A stretch of 64,000 nucleotides of DNA from Antedon mediterranea. Lineage: Eukaryota > Animalia > Echinodermata. Location of the stretch: NCBI RefSeq assembly GCF_964355755.1, contig NC_092675.1, positions 11,775,812 to 11,839,811 of the forward strand, given 5' to 3'. This document shows, one piece after another, positions 25,901 to 41,000 of this stretch. Position 1 is the first letter of the stretch. Every line of letters begins with the position of its first letter. The notes beneath the pieces were generated by a model. That model was not told the origin of the DNA and searched no databases. It worked only from the letters and a program-made list of their open reading frames with translations. The position numbers and the translations under genes were made by a program.

Positions 25901-28900
25901 ATTTTTGTATCTTTCGTCATAGCTCATCACATTTAGTAGAACGCATCGCCACTTATCAGTTTTCCTTTTTCTCGCCGATTTTGATATTGTCTAGGTAAAT
26001 CAACTATCTTTCGCACAAGTTAAAAATATTTAAATTTTTATGAGGTCATCATGCCTAAAAATTTTAATTACGTGGGTCATTAATTTCATCTTTACAGTAA
26101 ATTTTTATCTGTTGTAGCTCGTAAGAATAAAATGTGATAATCACGATTAAAACATTTTCTGGAAGCTATTGGATTGTAGATACGAAATCCTGTGAACATT
26201 TTGCCAATCGCATGTTGTGACGTCATCATATGGCCAGTTAAATAAAAAATGTCGTATTTTCATATTTTGCGTCATCATTCATTACATTTAAAAGAACGCG
26301 CATCAATATTTCACGTATTCGAATTTCTTCTACACGTTAATATGTTGTTACTGAGATAATTTCCTCCCGAAATTGCTATCTTAGTGTTTCATTTTGATAC
26401 CGTAACCATGTTAAAAATTTGATTGCGGGTTCCGTAATTTCACCTATTCTACACTGTATGTAATATGTATGCAGATTATACTGTTTGCATGTATATACTA
26501 TATGACACAAAATAGACTGAATTCAGCACTAAAAACGTATGATATTCTTCAGTTCAGGTCATAATGCCATAATCTTTATCAGTGTGCAATATTCCAACGT
26601 ATGACGTGCACGTGGCGTTTGTCGTGCGGATAACTAACTCGTCAAAGTGACGAGTTTCATGTCTAGTTTTTTTTTTTTCTGTATTATTCTTATTTCTTTC
26701 CTTCCATTTTTGTGTAGAGCGTTTCTCTAACATGTGTAAACATAACATTTCATAACTTTGAAAACATGTGGGCATTTACGTGAAGTTGTGTACCTCCTAT
26801 TTTTTAATGACGTCAGTGTTGCGCAACGTGACTTACGCGCGATTTATGATTTGTTATGATTGATCATAGATTAAAAACTAAAAGTGATTTTTAATTGACA
26901 CTTTGTGAAATTATAATTTATATCATGCGCTAACTTTCTGTTGGAAAAAAATTGCGTGTTTTACACAAAGTTACGCGCGCACGCGCATTTAAAATTTCAA
27001 AATGCGCAAAAATAATTTCTAATCAACTTTCTACGCGTTTCATGTCATTTTAAGCATGTCAAAAATTACCGCGCGCGCGAAAAATATTACGCGTACGGTG
27101 CGCATAGAGCATGAAAATCATGTTTTTTTCTCTTGAATTGTGATTTTCCAGCCTTTCCTACTCATTTTCAAAAAGATTGACATCATTTCAAATTAAAATT
27201 ACGTCATACGAACACGTTGATTTAGCCCATTTGCGCGCGTTTTAGTTGAAAAAGTTACAAAATGTTGTCAAAATTATGCCTATTTTGAATCTTTTATAGC
27301 TTCTCAGGATCAACGATTACCCCTAATTTTTTTAACCTAATATGTAAGCAGATATGTTGTAGATATGAATTCATGCAGAATTTTTACCTCACGGATGTTG
27401 TGACGTCATCATATGGCCACACGAATGTAAAATATAGGATTTTATTGTCTTTCGTTATTGCTCATCATATTCAATGGAGCGCATCACGCTTATACGTATT
27501 CCTTTTTCTCCGAGATTTTAATATTGTCTAGGTCAATCAACTATCTTTCGCATGGGATAAAAATTTTTTAATTTTTATGACGTCATCATGCCTAAAAATT
27601 TTAATTACGTGGGTCATTAATTTCATCTTTACAGTAAATTTTAATCTGTAATAGCCCTTAAAAATAAAATTTGATAATCACGATTAAAACATTTTCTGGA
27701 AGCTATTGGATTGTAGATATGAAATCATGTGAAAATTTTGCCAATCGGATGTTGTGACGTCATCATATGACCAGTTAAATAAAAAAGTCGTATTTTCATC
27801 TTTTGCGTCATAATTTATTCCATTTAAAAGAGCGCGCATCAATATTTTACGTATTTAAATTTCTTCTACACATTAATATGTTGTTGCCGAGATAATTTCC
27901 TTCCGAAATTGCTATCTTAGTGTTTCATTTTGATACCGTCGCCATGTTAAAAATTGGAATAAATGGCGGGTCCAGTCATTTCACCTATTCTACACTGTAT
28001 GTAATATGTATACAGATTATATTGTATATACTATATGACAAAAAATAACAGAATTCAGCAATAACAACATATCATATTCTTCAGTTCAGGTCATATTGCC
28101 ATAATCTTTTTCTGTGTGCAATATTCTAACGTATGACGTGCACGTGGCGTTTGTCGTGCGGATAACTAACTCGTCAAAGTGACGAGTTACATGTCTAGTT
28201 AGTTATCCGCACTAGGCGGATAACTCCTTGTAATTGTATGAAATCATCTTTTTTTTTTCTTTATTTTTCTTTCTTTGTGTCAATTTTGTGTCTCACGTAT
28301 CTCTAAAACGTGCTAACGTAACATTTTATAATTTTGTCAACATGTGGGCATTTATGTGAAATTGTGCACCTCCTATTGTGAATGACGTTAGATTTGCGCA
28401 ACATGATTTACGCGCGATTTAACGATTTTCTCGTATTTAACATAGGTCAAAAACCAAATAACATTTTAAATTGAAACTTTGCAAAAGTTTAATTTATATC
28501 ATGCGCTAACTTTGTGTTGAAAAAAAATTGCGTGTTTTACACAAAGTTACGCGCGCACGCGCATTTAAAATTTTAAAATGCGCAAAATTAATTTTTAATA
28601 AACTTTCTATGCGTTTCTTGTCATTTTGAGCATGTCAAAAATTCCCACGCGTGCGCAAATTTTTACGCGCGCGGTGCGCATGTAGCGTTAAAAACATACT
28701 TTTTTCGCGTGATTTATGTTTTTTCAGCCTTTTCTAGTAATGTTACTAACTTTTAAACAATTTCGACTTAAAATTACGTCATACGAGCACGTCGAATTGG
28801 ATAATTTGTGCGCGTTTTTGATCAAAAAGTTTAAAAAATCGTCAAAATTATGCCTTTTTTTAACCAGTCGTAATTTCTAAACTGCACGGTCAACTTTTTG

Positions 28901-31900
28901 TGGATGATATATTCTGGAAGTTGATGAGTTGTAGATATCGGATCAAACATTAATGTGGCTAACCGGACATTGTGACGTCATCGTATAGCCACGCGATTAT
29001 AAAATTTAGGATTTTTGTATCTTTCGTCATAGCTAATCACATTTAATAGAGCGCATTTCCACTTATGCGTTTTCCATTTTCACCCCGATTTTGATGTTGT
29101 ATAGGTCTATCAACTATCTTTCGCATGAGTTAAAAATATTTTAATTTGTATGATGTCATCATGCCTAAAAATTTTAATTACGTGTGGCGTTAATTTCATA
29201 TTTACAGTAAATTTTAATCTGTTATAGCTCGTAAGAATAAAATGTGATAATCACGATTAAAACGTTTTCTGGAAGCTATTGGATTGTAGATACGAAATCA
29301 TGTGAAAATTTTGCCAATCGCAGATTGTGACGTCATCATATGGCCAGTTGAATAAAAAAAGTCGTATTTTTATATTTTGCGTAATATTTCATCACATTTA
29401 AAAGGGTGCGCATCTATATTTTACGTATTCAAATTTCTTCTACACGTTAATATGTTGTTCCTGAGATAATTTCATTCTGAAATTGCTATCTAAGTGTTTC
29501 ATTTTGATACCGTCGCCATGTTAAAAATAGGAATAAATGGCGGGTCCCGTAATTTCACCTATTCTACACTGTATGTAATATGTATACAGATTATACTGTT
29601 TGCATGTATATACTATATGACACAAAATTGACAGAATTCAGCACTAACAGCATATAATATTCTTCAGTTCTTGTCATAATGCCATAATCTTTATCTGTGT
29701 GCAATATTCCAACGTATGACGTGCACGTGGCGTTTGTCGTGGTGCGGATAACTAACTCGTCAAAGTGACGAGTTTCATGTCTAGTTTCTCTTCTTTCTTT
29801 CTGTATGATTTTTGTGGAACGCTTTTCTCGAAAACTTGCAAACATAACATTTTGTAACTTTCTCAACATATCGTCATGCACATGAAGATGTGCAGCGAAG
29901 CTTTTCATGATGTTTACAATTGCGCAACATGACTTACGCGCGATTTAACGATTTTGTCGTATTTAACATAGCTCGACAACCAAATAACATTTCAACTTGA
30001 AACTTTGCAAAAGTTTAATTTATATCATGCGCTAACTTTCTGTTGAAAAAGAATTGCGTGTTTTACACAAAGTTACGCGCGCACGCGCATATAAAATTTC
30101 AAAATGCGCAAAATTAATTTCTAATCAACTTTCTACGCGTTTCATGTCGTTTTAAGCATGTCAAAAATTCCCACGCGTGCGCACATTTTTACGTGTGCGG
30201 TGCGCACGTAGCATTGAAAACGTATTTTTTTTGCGTGATTTATGTTGTTCCAGCCTTTTCTAGTAATTTTACCAAATTTTAAACAATTTCGACTTAAAGA
30301 TACGTCATACGAGCACGTCGAATTGGACAATTTGCGCGCGTTTTTTATGAAAAGGTTAAAAAATTCGTTTAAAATATGCCTTTTTTTAAACAGTCGTAAT
30401 TTCTAAACTAGACGGTCAACTTTTTGTGGATGGCATATTCTGGAAGTAAATGAGTTGTAGATATCGGATCAGGTATTAATATGGCTAACCGGACATTGTG
30501 ACGTCATCGTATGGCCACGCGAATATAAAATTTAGAATTTTTGTATCTTTCGTCATAGCTCATCACATTGAATAGAGCGCATCTCCACTTATCCGTTTTC
30601 CATTTTCACCCCGATTTTGATATTGTCTAGGTCAATCAACTATCTTTCGCATGAGTTAAAAATATTTTAATTTTTTTGACGTCATCGTGCCTAAAAATTT
30701 AAATCACGTGTGGCATTAATTTCATCTTTACAGTAAATTTTAATCTGTTATAGCTCGTAAGAATAAAATGTGATAATCACGATTAAAACTTTTTCTGGAA
30801 GCTATTGGATTGTAGATACGAAATTATGTAAAAATGTTGCCAATGGGATGTTGTGACATCATCATATGGCCAGTTAAATCAAAAAGGTCGTATTTTCATC
30901 TTTTGCGTCATAATTCATTACATTTAAAAGAGCCCGCATCAATGTTTCACGTATTTTAATTTCTTCTACACGCTAATACGTTGTTGCTGAGATAATTTCC
31001 TTTCGGAATTGCTACCTTCGCGTTTCATTTTAAAACCGTCAACATGTTAAAAATTGCAATAAATAGCCGGTCCCGTAATTTCACCTATTCTACACTGTAT
31101 GTGATATGGATACAGATTATACTGTGTATACTATATATGAATTTAAATAATAAAATTCAGCAATAACAACATATCATATTCTTCAGTTCAGGTCATAATG
31201 CCAACGTGAACACTTCCTTTTGTCCTCAACCTATCCCCTTAATGTTAATGTTGCACCACTTGCGCGACGGATAACCAAACTCGTCAAAGTGACGAGTTAC
31301 ATGTCTAGTTAGTTATCCGCATTCAGCGGATAACTCCTTGTAACTGTCCTGTTTCATCATCTTTTTAGTTATCCGCACTATGGCGGATAACTCCTTGTAA
31401 CTGTCCTGTTTCATCGTCTTTTTTTTTTTTTTTTCTGTATTATTCTTCTTTCTTTCTGTCATTTTTGTGCAGAGCGTATCTCTAAAACGTGTAAAGTTAA
31501 CAATTTATAACTTTGTCAACATATGGGCAATCACGTGAAGTTGTGCTTTCCTGTAATTGAATGACGTCAGAGTTGCGCAACATGACTTACGCGCGTTTTT
31601 ATGAATTTCGCGTATTTAACATAGATCGAAAACCATATAACGATTTAAATTGAAACTTAGCAAAAGTCTAATTAATATCGTGCGCTAACTTTTTGTGCAC
31701 TAAAAATGGCCTGTTTTACACGAAGTTACGCGCGCAGACGCGTTTAAAATTTTATAATGCGAAAAATTAATTTCTAATCAACTTTCTACGCGTTTCATGT
31801 CATTTTGAGCATGTCAAAAATTCCCACACGTGCGCAAATTTTTACGCGCGTGGTGCACACGTAACATTAAAAACGTCATTTTTTCGAGTGATTTATGTTT

Positions 31901-34900
31901 TTCCAGCCTTTTCTAGTAATTTTACCAACTTTTAAACAATTTCGACTTCAAATTACGTCATACGAGCACTTAGAATATGATAATTTGCGCGCTTTTTTGA
32001 TGAAAAACTTCAAAAATTCGTCAAAATTAAGCCTTTTTTTAAACAATCGTAGTTTCTAAACTAATCGGTAAAAATTATTTTTATTACATATTCTGGAAGT
32101 TGATGAGTTGTAGATATCAGATCATGCATTAATATGGCTAACCGGACATTGTGACGTCATCGTATGGCCACGCGAATATGAAATTTAGGATTTTTGTATC
32201 TTTTGTCATAACTCCTCACATTTAATAGAGCGCATCTCCACTTATCCGTTTCCATTTTCACCCCGATTTTGATATTGTCTAGGTCAATCAACTATCTTTA
32301 GCATGAGTTAAAAATATTTTAATTTTTATGACGTCATCATGCCTAAAAATTTAAATTACGTGTGGCATTAATTTCATCTTTACAGCAAATTTCAATCTGT
32401 TATAGCTCGTAAGAATAAAATGTGATAATCACGATTAAAACGTTTTCTGGAAGCTATTGGATTGTAGATACAAAATCATGTGAAAATTTTTTCAATCGGA
32501 TGTGGTGACTTCATCATATGGCCAGTTAAATAAAAAAAGTCGTATTTTCATATTTTGCGTCATAGTTTATTACATTTAAAAGAGCGCGCATTAATATTTC
32601 ACGTATTCAAATTTCTTCTACACGTTAATATGTTGTTGCTGAGATAATTTCCTTCCAAAATTGCTACCTTCGCGTTTCATTTTAAAACCATCAACATGTT
32701 AAAAATTGCAATAAATAGCGGGTCCCGTAATTTCCCCTATTCTACACTGTATGTGATATGTATACAGATTACACTGTGTATACTATATATATGAATCAAA
32801 ATAATAGAATTCAGCAATAACAACATATCATAGTCTTCAGTTCAGGTCATAATGCCATAATCTTTTTCCGTGTGCAATATTCCAACGTATGGCGTGCACG
32901 TGGCGTTTGTCGTGCGGATAACTAACTCGTCAAAGAGACGAGTTTCATGTCTAGTTTTTTTTTCTGTATTCTTCTTTCTTTCTGTCATTTTTGTGCAGAG
33001 CATATCTCAAAAACGTGTAAAGTTAACATTTCATAACTTTGTCAACATATGGGCATTCACGTGAAGTTGTGCTTTTTTATTTTTGGATGACGTCAGAATT
33101 GCGCAACATGACTTACGCGCGTTTTAACGAATTTCGCGTATTTAACATAGATCGAAAACCATCAAACAATTTAAATTGAAACTTAGCAAAAGTTTAATTT
33201 ATATTCTGCGCTAACTGACTGTCGAAAAACAATGGCATGTCTCACACGAAGTTACGCGCGCACGCGCGCTTAAAATTTTAAAATGCGAAAAATCAATTTC
33301 TAATCAACTTTCTACGCGTTTCATGTCATTTTGAGCATGTAAAAAATTCCCACGCGCGCGCATATTTTTACGCGCGTGGTGCGCACGTAACGTTGAAAAC
33401 AATTTTTTTCGCGTGATTTATGTTTTTCCAGCCTTTTCTAGTAATTTTACCAACTTTTAAACAATTTCGACTTAAAATAACGTCATACGAGCCCGTAGAA
33501 TTGGATAATTTACGTGCGTTTTTTATGAAAAAGTTCAAAAATTCATAAAAATTTGTCAAAATTATACCTTTTTTTAAACAGTTGTAGTTTCTAAACTAAA
33601 CGGTAAAAGTTATTTTTATTACGTATTATGGAAGATGATGAATTGTAAATATCGCATCATGCATCAATATGGTTAACCGGACATTGTGACGTCATCGTAT
33701 GGCCACACGAATATAAAATATAGGGATTTTGTCTCTTTTGTCAAAGCGCATCACATTTAATAGAGCGCATCTCCACTTATCCGTTTTCCATTTTCACCCC
33801 GATTTCGATATTGTCTAGGTCAATCAACTATCCTTCGCATGAGTTAAAAATATTTTAATTTTTATGACATCATCATGCCTAAAAATTTAAATTACGTGTG
33901 CCATGAATTTCATCTTTACAGTAAATTTTAATCTGTTATAGCTCGTACAAATAAAATGTGATAATCACGATTAAAACGTTTTCTGGAAGCTATTGGATTG
34001 TAGATACGAAATCATGAGAAAATGTTGAAAATCGGATGTAGTGACGTCATCATATGGCCAGTTAAGTAAAAAAAGTTGTATTTTCATCTTTTGCGTCATA
34101 ATTCATTACATTTAAAAGAGCGCGCATCAATATTTCACGTATTCAAATTTCTTCTGCACGTTAATATGTTGTCACTGAGATAATTTCCTTCCCAAATTGC
34201 TATCTTAGTGTTTCATTTTGATACCGTCGCCATGTTAAAAATAGGAATAAACGGGGGGTCCCGTAATTTCACCTATTCTACACACTGTATGTAACATGTA
34301 TACAGATTATACCATTTGCACTATATATATACTATATGACACAAAATTGACAGAATTCAACACTAACAGCATATGATATTTTTAAATTCAGGTCATAATG
34401 CCATAATCTTTTTCCGTGTGCAAAATTCCAACGTATGACGTGCGCGTGGCGTTTGTCGTGCGGATAACTAACTCGTCAAAGTGACGAGTTCAAATCTAGT
34501 TAGTTATCCGCAACGAAGTTGCAGGATAACTCCTTTAGACAGGTTCCATTTCTCAAAAAACGGCATAGAAAACGAATCAAGAAGCATTTTTGGGTAGAAG
34601 CTGGGATCCACTTGATTTAGGATATTTCGACCTCGCTGATTACGAATATGGCGGATCCCAAGCGAAATTCGGCCATCTAAGCCCTTAATTTGCATAATTA
34701 AAAATGGCGGCCATTTTTTATAATTAACCTATATCTCGAGAACCACTAGTCACAGATAATTAATTTTGGTGTCAAAATGTTTTAAATATATGTTTTTATA
34801 TTCACTTTAATGACACATTTTCTCAAAAAATGGATGCAAGTCTTATTTCTGACATTTTGACCTTTGACCTTGATTTTTCGTATCTCAGTAACCAATAATC

Positions 34901-35264
34901 GGAGAGACACGAAATAGGGCTCAAACTGTTCAGAAACTATACATTCTTATTTATTATAATGAAATGTTTTTACAAAAAATTGCCGATTCTACAACTATTG
35001 ACCTTTGAACTATTAGTCAAATATAACAATATAAAAATAATATAACTTTGACAATTGTGGTCTTATGAATTTTTTTTTTCTTTTTAAATTGTTTAAAACA
35101 TGTGTGTTTCTATCCAGTCTAATGGCATATTTTGTACAAGAATGGCCGATAGTATGGTTATTGACCTTTTAACTACAGCATAGGCCATTGTATACTAAAT
35201 ATAATATAATTTCATAACTATGAAATTATTTATACACAATAATAATTAGTAAAATAATAAAATT

Positions 35265-35725
35265 CACTGCCATCAAATATGATGTGTTATGATTTATATA
35301 GATTAAAAAAAAAAATTTGAATACGCAACTTACATTTGTTGAAATTTGAAATAACCTGCCATCAATATGATGGAGTATGATTATAGATTTTCTAAAATGT
35401 GAACATGTCAGCTACATTTGGAAATTACCTGCCATCAATATGATGGATTATGATTATAGATTTAAAAAAGAATTTGAACACGTAAGCTACATTTGAAAAT
35501 TACCTGCCATCAATATGATGGATTATGATTATAGATTTAAAAAAGAATTTGAACACGTCAGCTACATTTGGAAATTACCTGCCATCAATATGATGGATTA
35601 TGATTATAGATTTAAAAAATAATTTGAACACGTAAGCTACATTTGAAAGTTACCTGCCATCAATATGATGGATTATGATTGTATAGATTTAAAAGAAAAT
35701 GTGAACACGTAAGCTACATTTGGAA
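35265..35725. repeat. 75-bp minisatellite, ~6 copies, in the Academ arm; inverted counterpart at ~38970-39490
   Basis: ttacctgccatcaatatgatggattatgatt recurs at 35425, 35500, 35575 and 35650. Confidence 0.9.
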
Positions 35726-36262
35726 TGAACATGTTAAGGGCATCAGTTAAGATCATTCATGCAAAGGTTTCCGTCATCTTTAGCGTTGTTACAGCGGCAT
35801 AAAGCTGTACATGGTAGTTTTGACATCTTGCACCTACATCTATTGGTTATGCATCGTGTCTTGCATCCACAATAAATCATCTCTAACGAAGCAGTAGGAA
35901 TAGCTTCATTTTTCAGAAGCACTGGTTGAAGTTTACCATTAGATAGCTCCCAACCAAAATATGTTGGTGATGGCAAGTGCTGGATTGGCGATACAGCTTT
36001 TTTTCCATACGAGTGCTTGGAAGTGTGCTCTTTTTATATGTTGGTGCACGGCATCGCTTGTTGGAGGTAATGCCTCTGGTTTTATTTGGTTAAAAGCCTA
36101 ACTTCATTGGTACTTTTAACTTGACCAACACCGTAAACGTAGCAAATGAATCTTTCCGATTTCATAATAACTTGGTCACTGATAGGTTTTCTCCCAGGTC
36201 TTTAATTTGTTCATACTTTTTTTTTAATACTTCCCATGCCGATGCCTTTGAGTGACCACTTA

Positions 36263-37987
36263 GGGGCCGTCCAAAAACTAATTTTCCGCGAGTTCCGCGA
36301 TTTTACCTTCATAGTTCATTGAACCTCGTTTCCGCGGAACGTGCGATACAAAAATTTTCATTCGGAATGCTCGCGGAACGCAATTGATGAATATTCATAT
36401 CAACAATCAAAATGTTGCCGCCCACATATCGCGAGTTCCGCGGGTAGCGGCCTAATAAATAGATGAGATCATAGTACAGAATAGCACGTTTTTTTAGGCC
36501 TAGCTAGGTTGGCCGACTACGACTACAGTAGGCTAGTACTCTACTAGGCCTAGTCCTACTTAAACTACTCTGATAGTACTAACGGAGAAAATGATACCAA
36601 AACAATTTGTTTGTAGGCATTAACTACAACTATTCATACACAGGGTTTCAACCACGGTAAAATTCAAGCCAATGACATTATGTAGTAGAATATAAATTAT
36701 AGTTATTTTCCGAGTTTCGATTTTTAAACCTTTTTTTTTTAATATAAAATTCAAAACACGGACGGACGCCGACCCCTCTCTCTCTCTGTTAGTTTAGAAT
36801 TAATTCTGCACATGTATTGTGGACTATACCATTTCTTTGAGGTCGGTAAAAATGCGTTCGTTAATTTAGTGTACGACGTTGTTAAACAAGATTTTTCGAT
36901 GATCTGTCGGCTGGATTATTGAGGTGGGTGCGATAAAATATAAATATAATATACTTCCAACGATCTTCGGATTGAGGTGCGTGTTTAACTTTGTTACTAA
37001 AAGTGGACACCCCTAATTTTAGACGTATAATGGACTGCACCATGCAGGAACGCACATGGTATTTTCTTATCAGAGGGTGCGTGTACGTCAAAAGGAATTG
37101 TTTTTCCAACGATCCTTCTAGATCTTTCGTGCGTGGAGGATGTATGTAGGCCTACACGACGCCGTGTGAAATTTCTTATCAGAGGGGTGCGTGTGCGTCA
37201 AATGGAATTGTTTTCCCAATGAATTGAATTGCATGTGTTCTCGATCGGATCGGCGGTGGGAGGATAGGTTAGGAGTGCGTGTAATGCGTCGTAATCTGAT
37301 TTATTATTTCCTTTCTGTACTGTACACAGGGGACTATCATTGTTTAACAAGCAAGCATTTCATAATAAATCTAGGCCTACCTTGGTAGTTGTTTTTACCA
37401 GGCTAGGGGCGTGGCAATGACAATGTGGCGACAACGTTAAAAAATGTAAACGCAAGAAGGAGGCCTCTGCAAGCAAGGGAAATCCCCTTGCAAAGAAGTC
37501 AGGCGATGTTTGCGTCTCGTCCGAGTCGTTGTGTAAACAAATCTTCTTGACATTATTTTCTATCTACTTCAGTGGTTTTTATTGTGGTTAAACTCGGGAA
37601 GGGCACTCACATTTCATTTATTATTATCTATATATTTATTAATAACAAAAACAAGATCAGACACACGAATGGATATAATAATTGTAAACAATATTGAAAT
37701 ATAATATTTGTTCTTCTGTAGAAATCAATTACCGTAATACCTGGCTGGCAAAGCGTTATTCAAATGAGCACTATATTCTCTAGTATTGGCAATACTGCCG
37801 CGAGTTCCGCGATATTGTAAGGCTTTCGCGAGTCTCGCGATATTAATTAATATTCATGAGTTCCGCGAGAAATTCAAGCTTGAATGATTTTGCCTCATTA
37901 CCGCAAGAGACGTTCACTTTCATGGTTGAGTAAGTAATAGGGTATGTTATCGCGGAACTCGCGGAAAATTAGTTTTTGGACGGCCCC
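36263..37987. mobile_element. PIF/Harbinger-type non-autonomous element, TTA TSD
   Basis: tta|GGGGCCGTCCAAAAACTAATTTTCCGCGAGTTCCGCGA ... TCGCGGAACTCGCGGAAAATTAGTTTTTGGACGGCCCC|tta; perfect TIR of ~38 bp; interrupts the Academ coding remnant. Confidence 0.9.
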
Positions 37988-37998
37988 TTAGATATGAG

Positions 37999-38053
37999 CA
38001 GTGAAGATTTAAATTACTGTATGTATGTATTAATGTAATTTAACTCTTCCCTG
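37999..38053. mobile_element. 55-bp hAT-like mini element with an 8-bp TSD
   Basis: gatatgag|CAGTGAAGATTTAAATTAC ... GTAATTTAACTCTTCCCTG|gatatgag; 19-bp TIR with 2 mismatches. Confidence 0.8.
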
Positions 38054-41000
38054 GATATGAGTAGTATCGCATCCACTAATAGTGTGGAATGGAATCAGTG
38101 CTTTTGTAGAACCCTCGGGCAAGGCTTGAAAAATGTCTTTTATAGATACTTTCTTTTTTTGGATGTCCCTGTCATCATCCATTTGGATACCATGCTTTGG
38201 TAGTGAGACACTAGAATCACTAGTACGTCTGTATCCCTAGAAGCAACTACAACTGTGTCGTATCGGACATTGGCAGCATGACAAGTCTCGTGTCCGATTC
38301 TTCATGGTCTGCGACCAGAGACAACGTATTCGTGTAGACTTTTGATGATTTAACAACTGATTCTTTCATAAATCCACCAGCTGTGACAATTTCTTTGTCT
38401 ATAGGAGCTTGACGAATCAACTCCTCTGATAGAAATCGTGTCAGATCTGCATTATTATCTTGTAATGCCAAAAAGTTTGACCAGCAATTTGGCAGCGGTA
38501 TTTCACCACTTTCTATAATTCGACGAATTGGTCTCTGTGTTTTGGTTCATCTTTGTCTGGTGGTGTCCTTTATCGACAGTTTTAAGTTAGGCATGCCATG
38601 TTTTAAAAAAACCAGAGCCATTACCTCCAAGAAGCGATGCAGTGCACCAGCATATAAAAAGAGAACACTTCCAAGCACTCGTATTGAAAAAAGCTGTATC
38701 GCCAATCCAGCATTTGCCATCACCAACAGATTTTGGGTGGGAGCTATCTAATGGTAAACTTCAACCAGTGCTTCTGAAAATTGAAGCTATTCCTACTGCT
38801 TCGTTTTAGATGATTTATTGTGGATGCAAGACACGATGCATAACCATATAGATGTAGGTGCAAAAAGTCAAAACTACCATGTACAGCTTTATGCTACTGT
38901 AACAACGCTAAAGATGACGACGGAAACCTTAGCATGGAATGATCAAAACTGATGCCCTTAACATGTTCATTCCAAATGTAGCTTAGGTGTTCACTTTTCT
39001 TTCAAACCTATAGGCCTACAATCATAATCCATCATATTGATGGCAGGTAATTTCCAAATTTCCAAATGTAGCTGACGTGTTCAAATTGTTTTTTAATTCT
39101 ATAATCATAATCAATCATATTGATGGCAGGTACTATACAATCATAATCCATCATATTGATGGCATTTAATTTCCAAATTTCCAAATGTAGCTGACGTGTT
39201 CAAATTCTTTTTAAAATCTATAATCATAATCCATCATATTGATGGCAGGTAATTTTCAAATGTAGCTTATGTGTTCAATTTCTTTTTTAAATCTATAATC
39301 ATAATCCATCATATTGATGGCAGGTAATTTCCAAATGTAGCTGACATGTTCACATTTAAAAAAATCTATAATCATACTCCATTATATTGATGACAGGTAA
39401 TTTCAAATTTCAACAAATGTAACTTGCGTGTTCAATTTTTTTTTTTTTTATCTATATAAATCATAACACATCATATTTGATGGCAGTGAATTTTATAATT
39501 TTACTAATTATTATTGTGTATAAATAATTTCATAGTTATGCAATTATATTATATTCAGTATACAGTAGGCCTATGCTGTAGTTTAAAGGTCAATAACCAT
39601 ACTATCGGCCATTCTTGTACAAAATGTGCCATTAGACTGGATAGAAACACACATGTTTTAAACAATTTAAAAAGAAAAAAAAATTCATAAGACCACAATT
39701 TTCAAAGTTATATTATTATTATATTATTATATTTGACTAATAGTTCAAAGGTCAATAGTTGTAGAATCGGCCATTTTTTGTAAAAACATTTCATTATAAT
39801 AAATAAGAATGTATAGTTTCTGAACAATTTGAGCCCTATTTCGTGTCTCTCCGATTATTGGTTACTGAGATACGATAAATCAAGGTCAAGGGTCAAAATG
39901 TCAGAAATAAGACTTGCATCCATTTTTTGAGAAAATGTGTCATTAAAGTGAATATAAAAACATATATTTAAAACATTCTGACACCAAAATTAATTATCTG
40001 TGACTGGTGGTTCTCGAGATATAGGGTAATTATAAAAAATGGCCGCCATTTTTAATTATGCAAATTAAGGGCTTAGATGGCCGAATTTCGCTTGGGATCC
40101 GCCATATTCGTAATCAGCGAGGTCGAAATATCCTAAATCAAGTGGATCCCAGCTTCTACCCAAAAATGCTTCTTACATCATATTTCAGAGGAAATAGAAC
40201 TTGTCTACTTGTGATTGTACGAAATCATCATCATCTTTTTTTTTAGTTATCCGCATTCAGCGGATAACTCCTTGTAACTGTATGAAATCATCTTTTTTTT
40301 TTTTTTTTCTGTATTATTAGTTATCCGCTTAGTAGCGGATAACTCCTTGTAATCGTCCTGTTCCTTTTTAAGTTGCGGATAACCCTTGTTATTGTCACGT
40401 TTCTTTTTTTATCTTCTTTGTTATTCTTCTTTCTTTCCCAGAATTTTGTGTCACGCATATCTGTCATTCTTGTAAACATAACATTTTATAACTTGGTCAA
40501 TATATGGACATTTACATGAAGTTGTGCACCTCCATATTTTTAATGACGTTAGAGTCGCGCAGCGTAAGTTACGTGCGATTTTATGAATTTCAATGATTGA
40601 TCATAGATTATAAACCAAAAGTCATTTTGTATTGACACTTGGTGAACATTTAAGTCATATCAAGGGCGAACTTTCTATGGATTAAAAATGGCATGTTTCA
40701 CAAGAAGTTACGCGCGCACGCGCATTTAAAATTTTAAAATGCGCAAAATTAATTTCTAATCAACTTTCTACGCTGATCATGACATTTTGAGCCTGTCAAA
40801 AATTACCGCGCGCACAAAATATTTTACGCGCGTGGTGTGCACGTAGCGTTAAAAAACAGATTTTTTGCGTGATTTATGTTTTTTCAGCCTCTTTCTAGTA
40901 ATTTTACCAAGTTTTAAAGAATTTCGACTTAAAATCACGTCATACGAGCACGTTGATTTAGACCATTTGCGCGCATTTCTGTTGAAAAAGTTAGAAAATA

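Larger units (their letters stand above)
35743..38580 (-). pseudogene. disrupted Academ protein C-terminal half (XPG-like nuclease region and Cys-rich tail)
   Basis: Motifs ADHEESDTRLV, SRDTDVLVIL, FHTISGCDTTSYLSG, LPPTSDAVHQHIKRAHFQ, FGW, and CGCKTRCITNRCRC..LPCTALCRC; frameshifts and two MITE insertions. Confidence 0.85.
34536..40207 (-). mobile_element. AcademX-type DNA transposon derivative with ~1.6-kb inverted arms and a 3-bp TSD
   Basis: ctt|TAGACAGGTTCC ... GAACTTGTCTA|ctt; removal restores the HINE head ggataactccttgtgattgtac; arms 34536-~36104 and ~38585-40207 are reverse complements. Confidence 0.88.

Noticed and set aside
34504-40246. Two copies of ORF MQIKGLDGRISLGIRHIRNQRG on opposite strands
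   Set aside because: A by-product of the Academ inverted arms; both frames run across or up to the element boundary.
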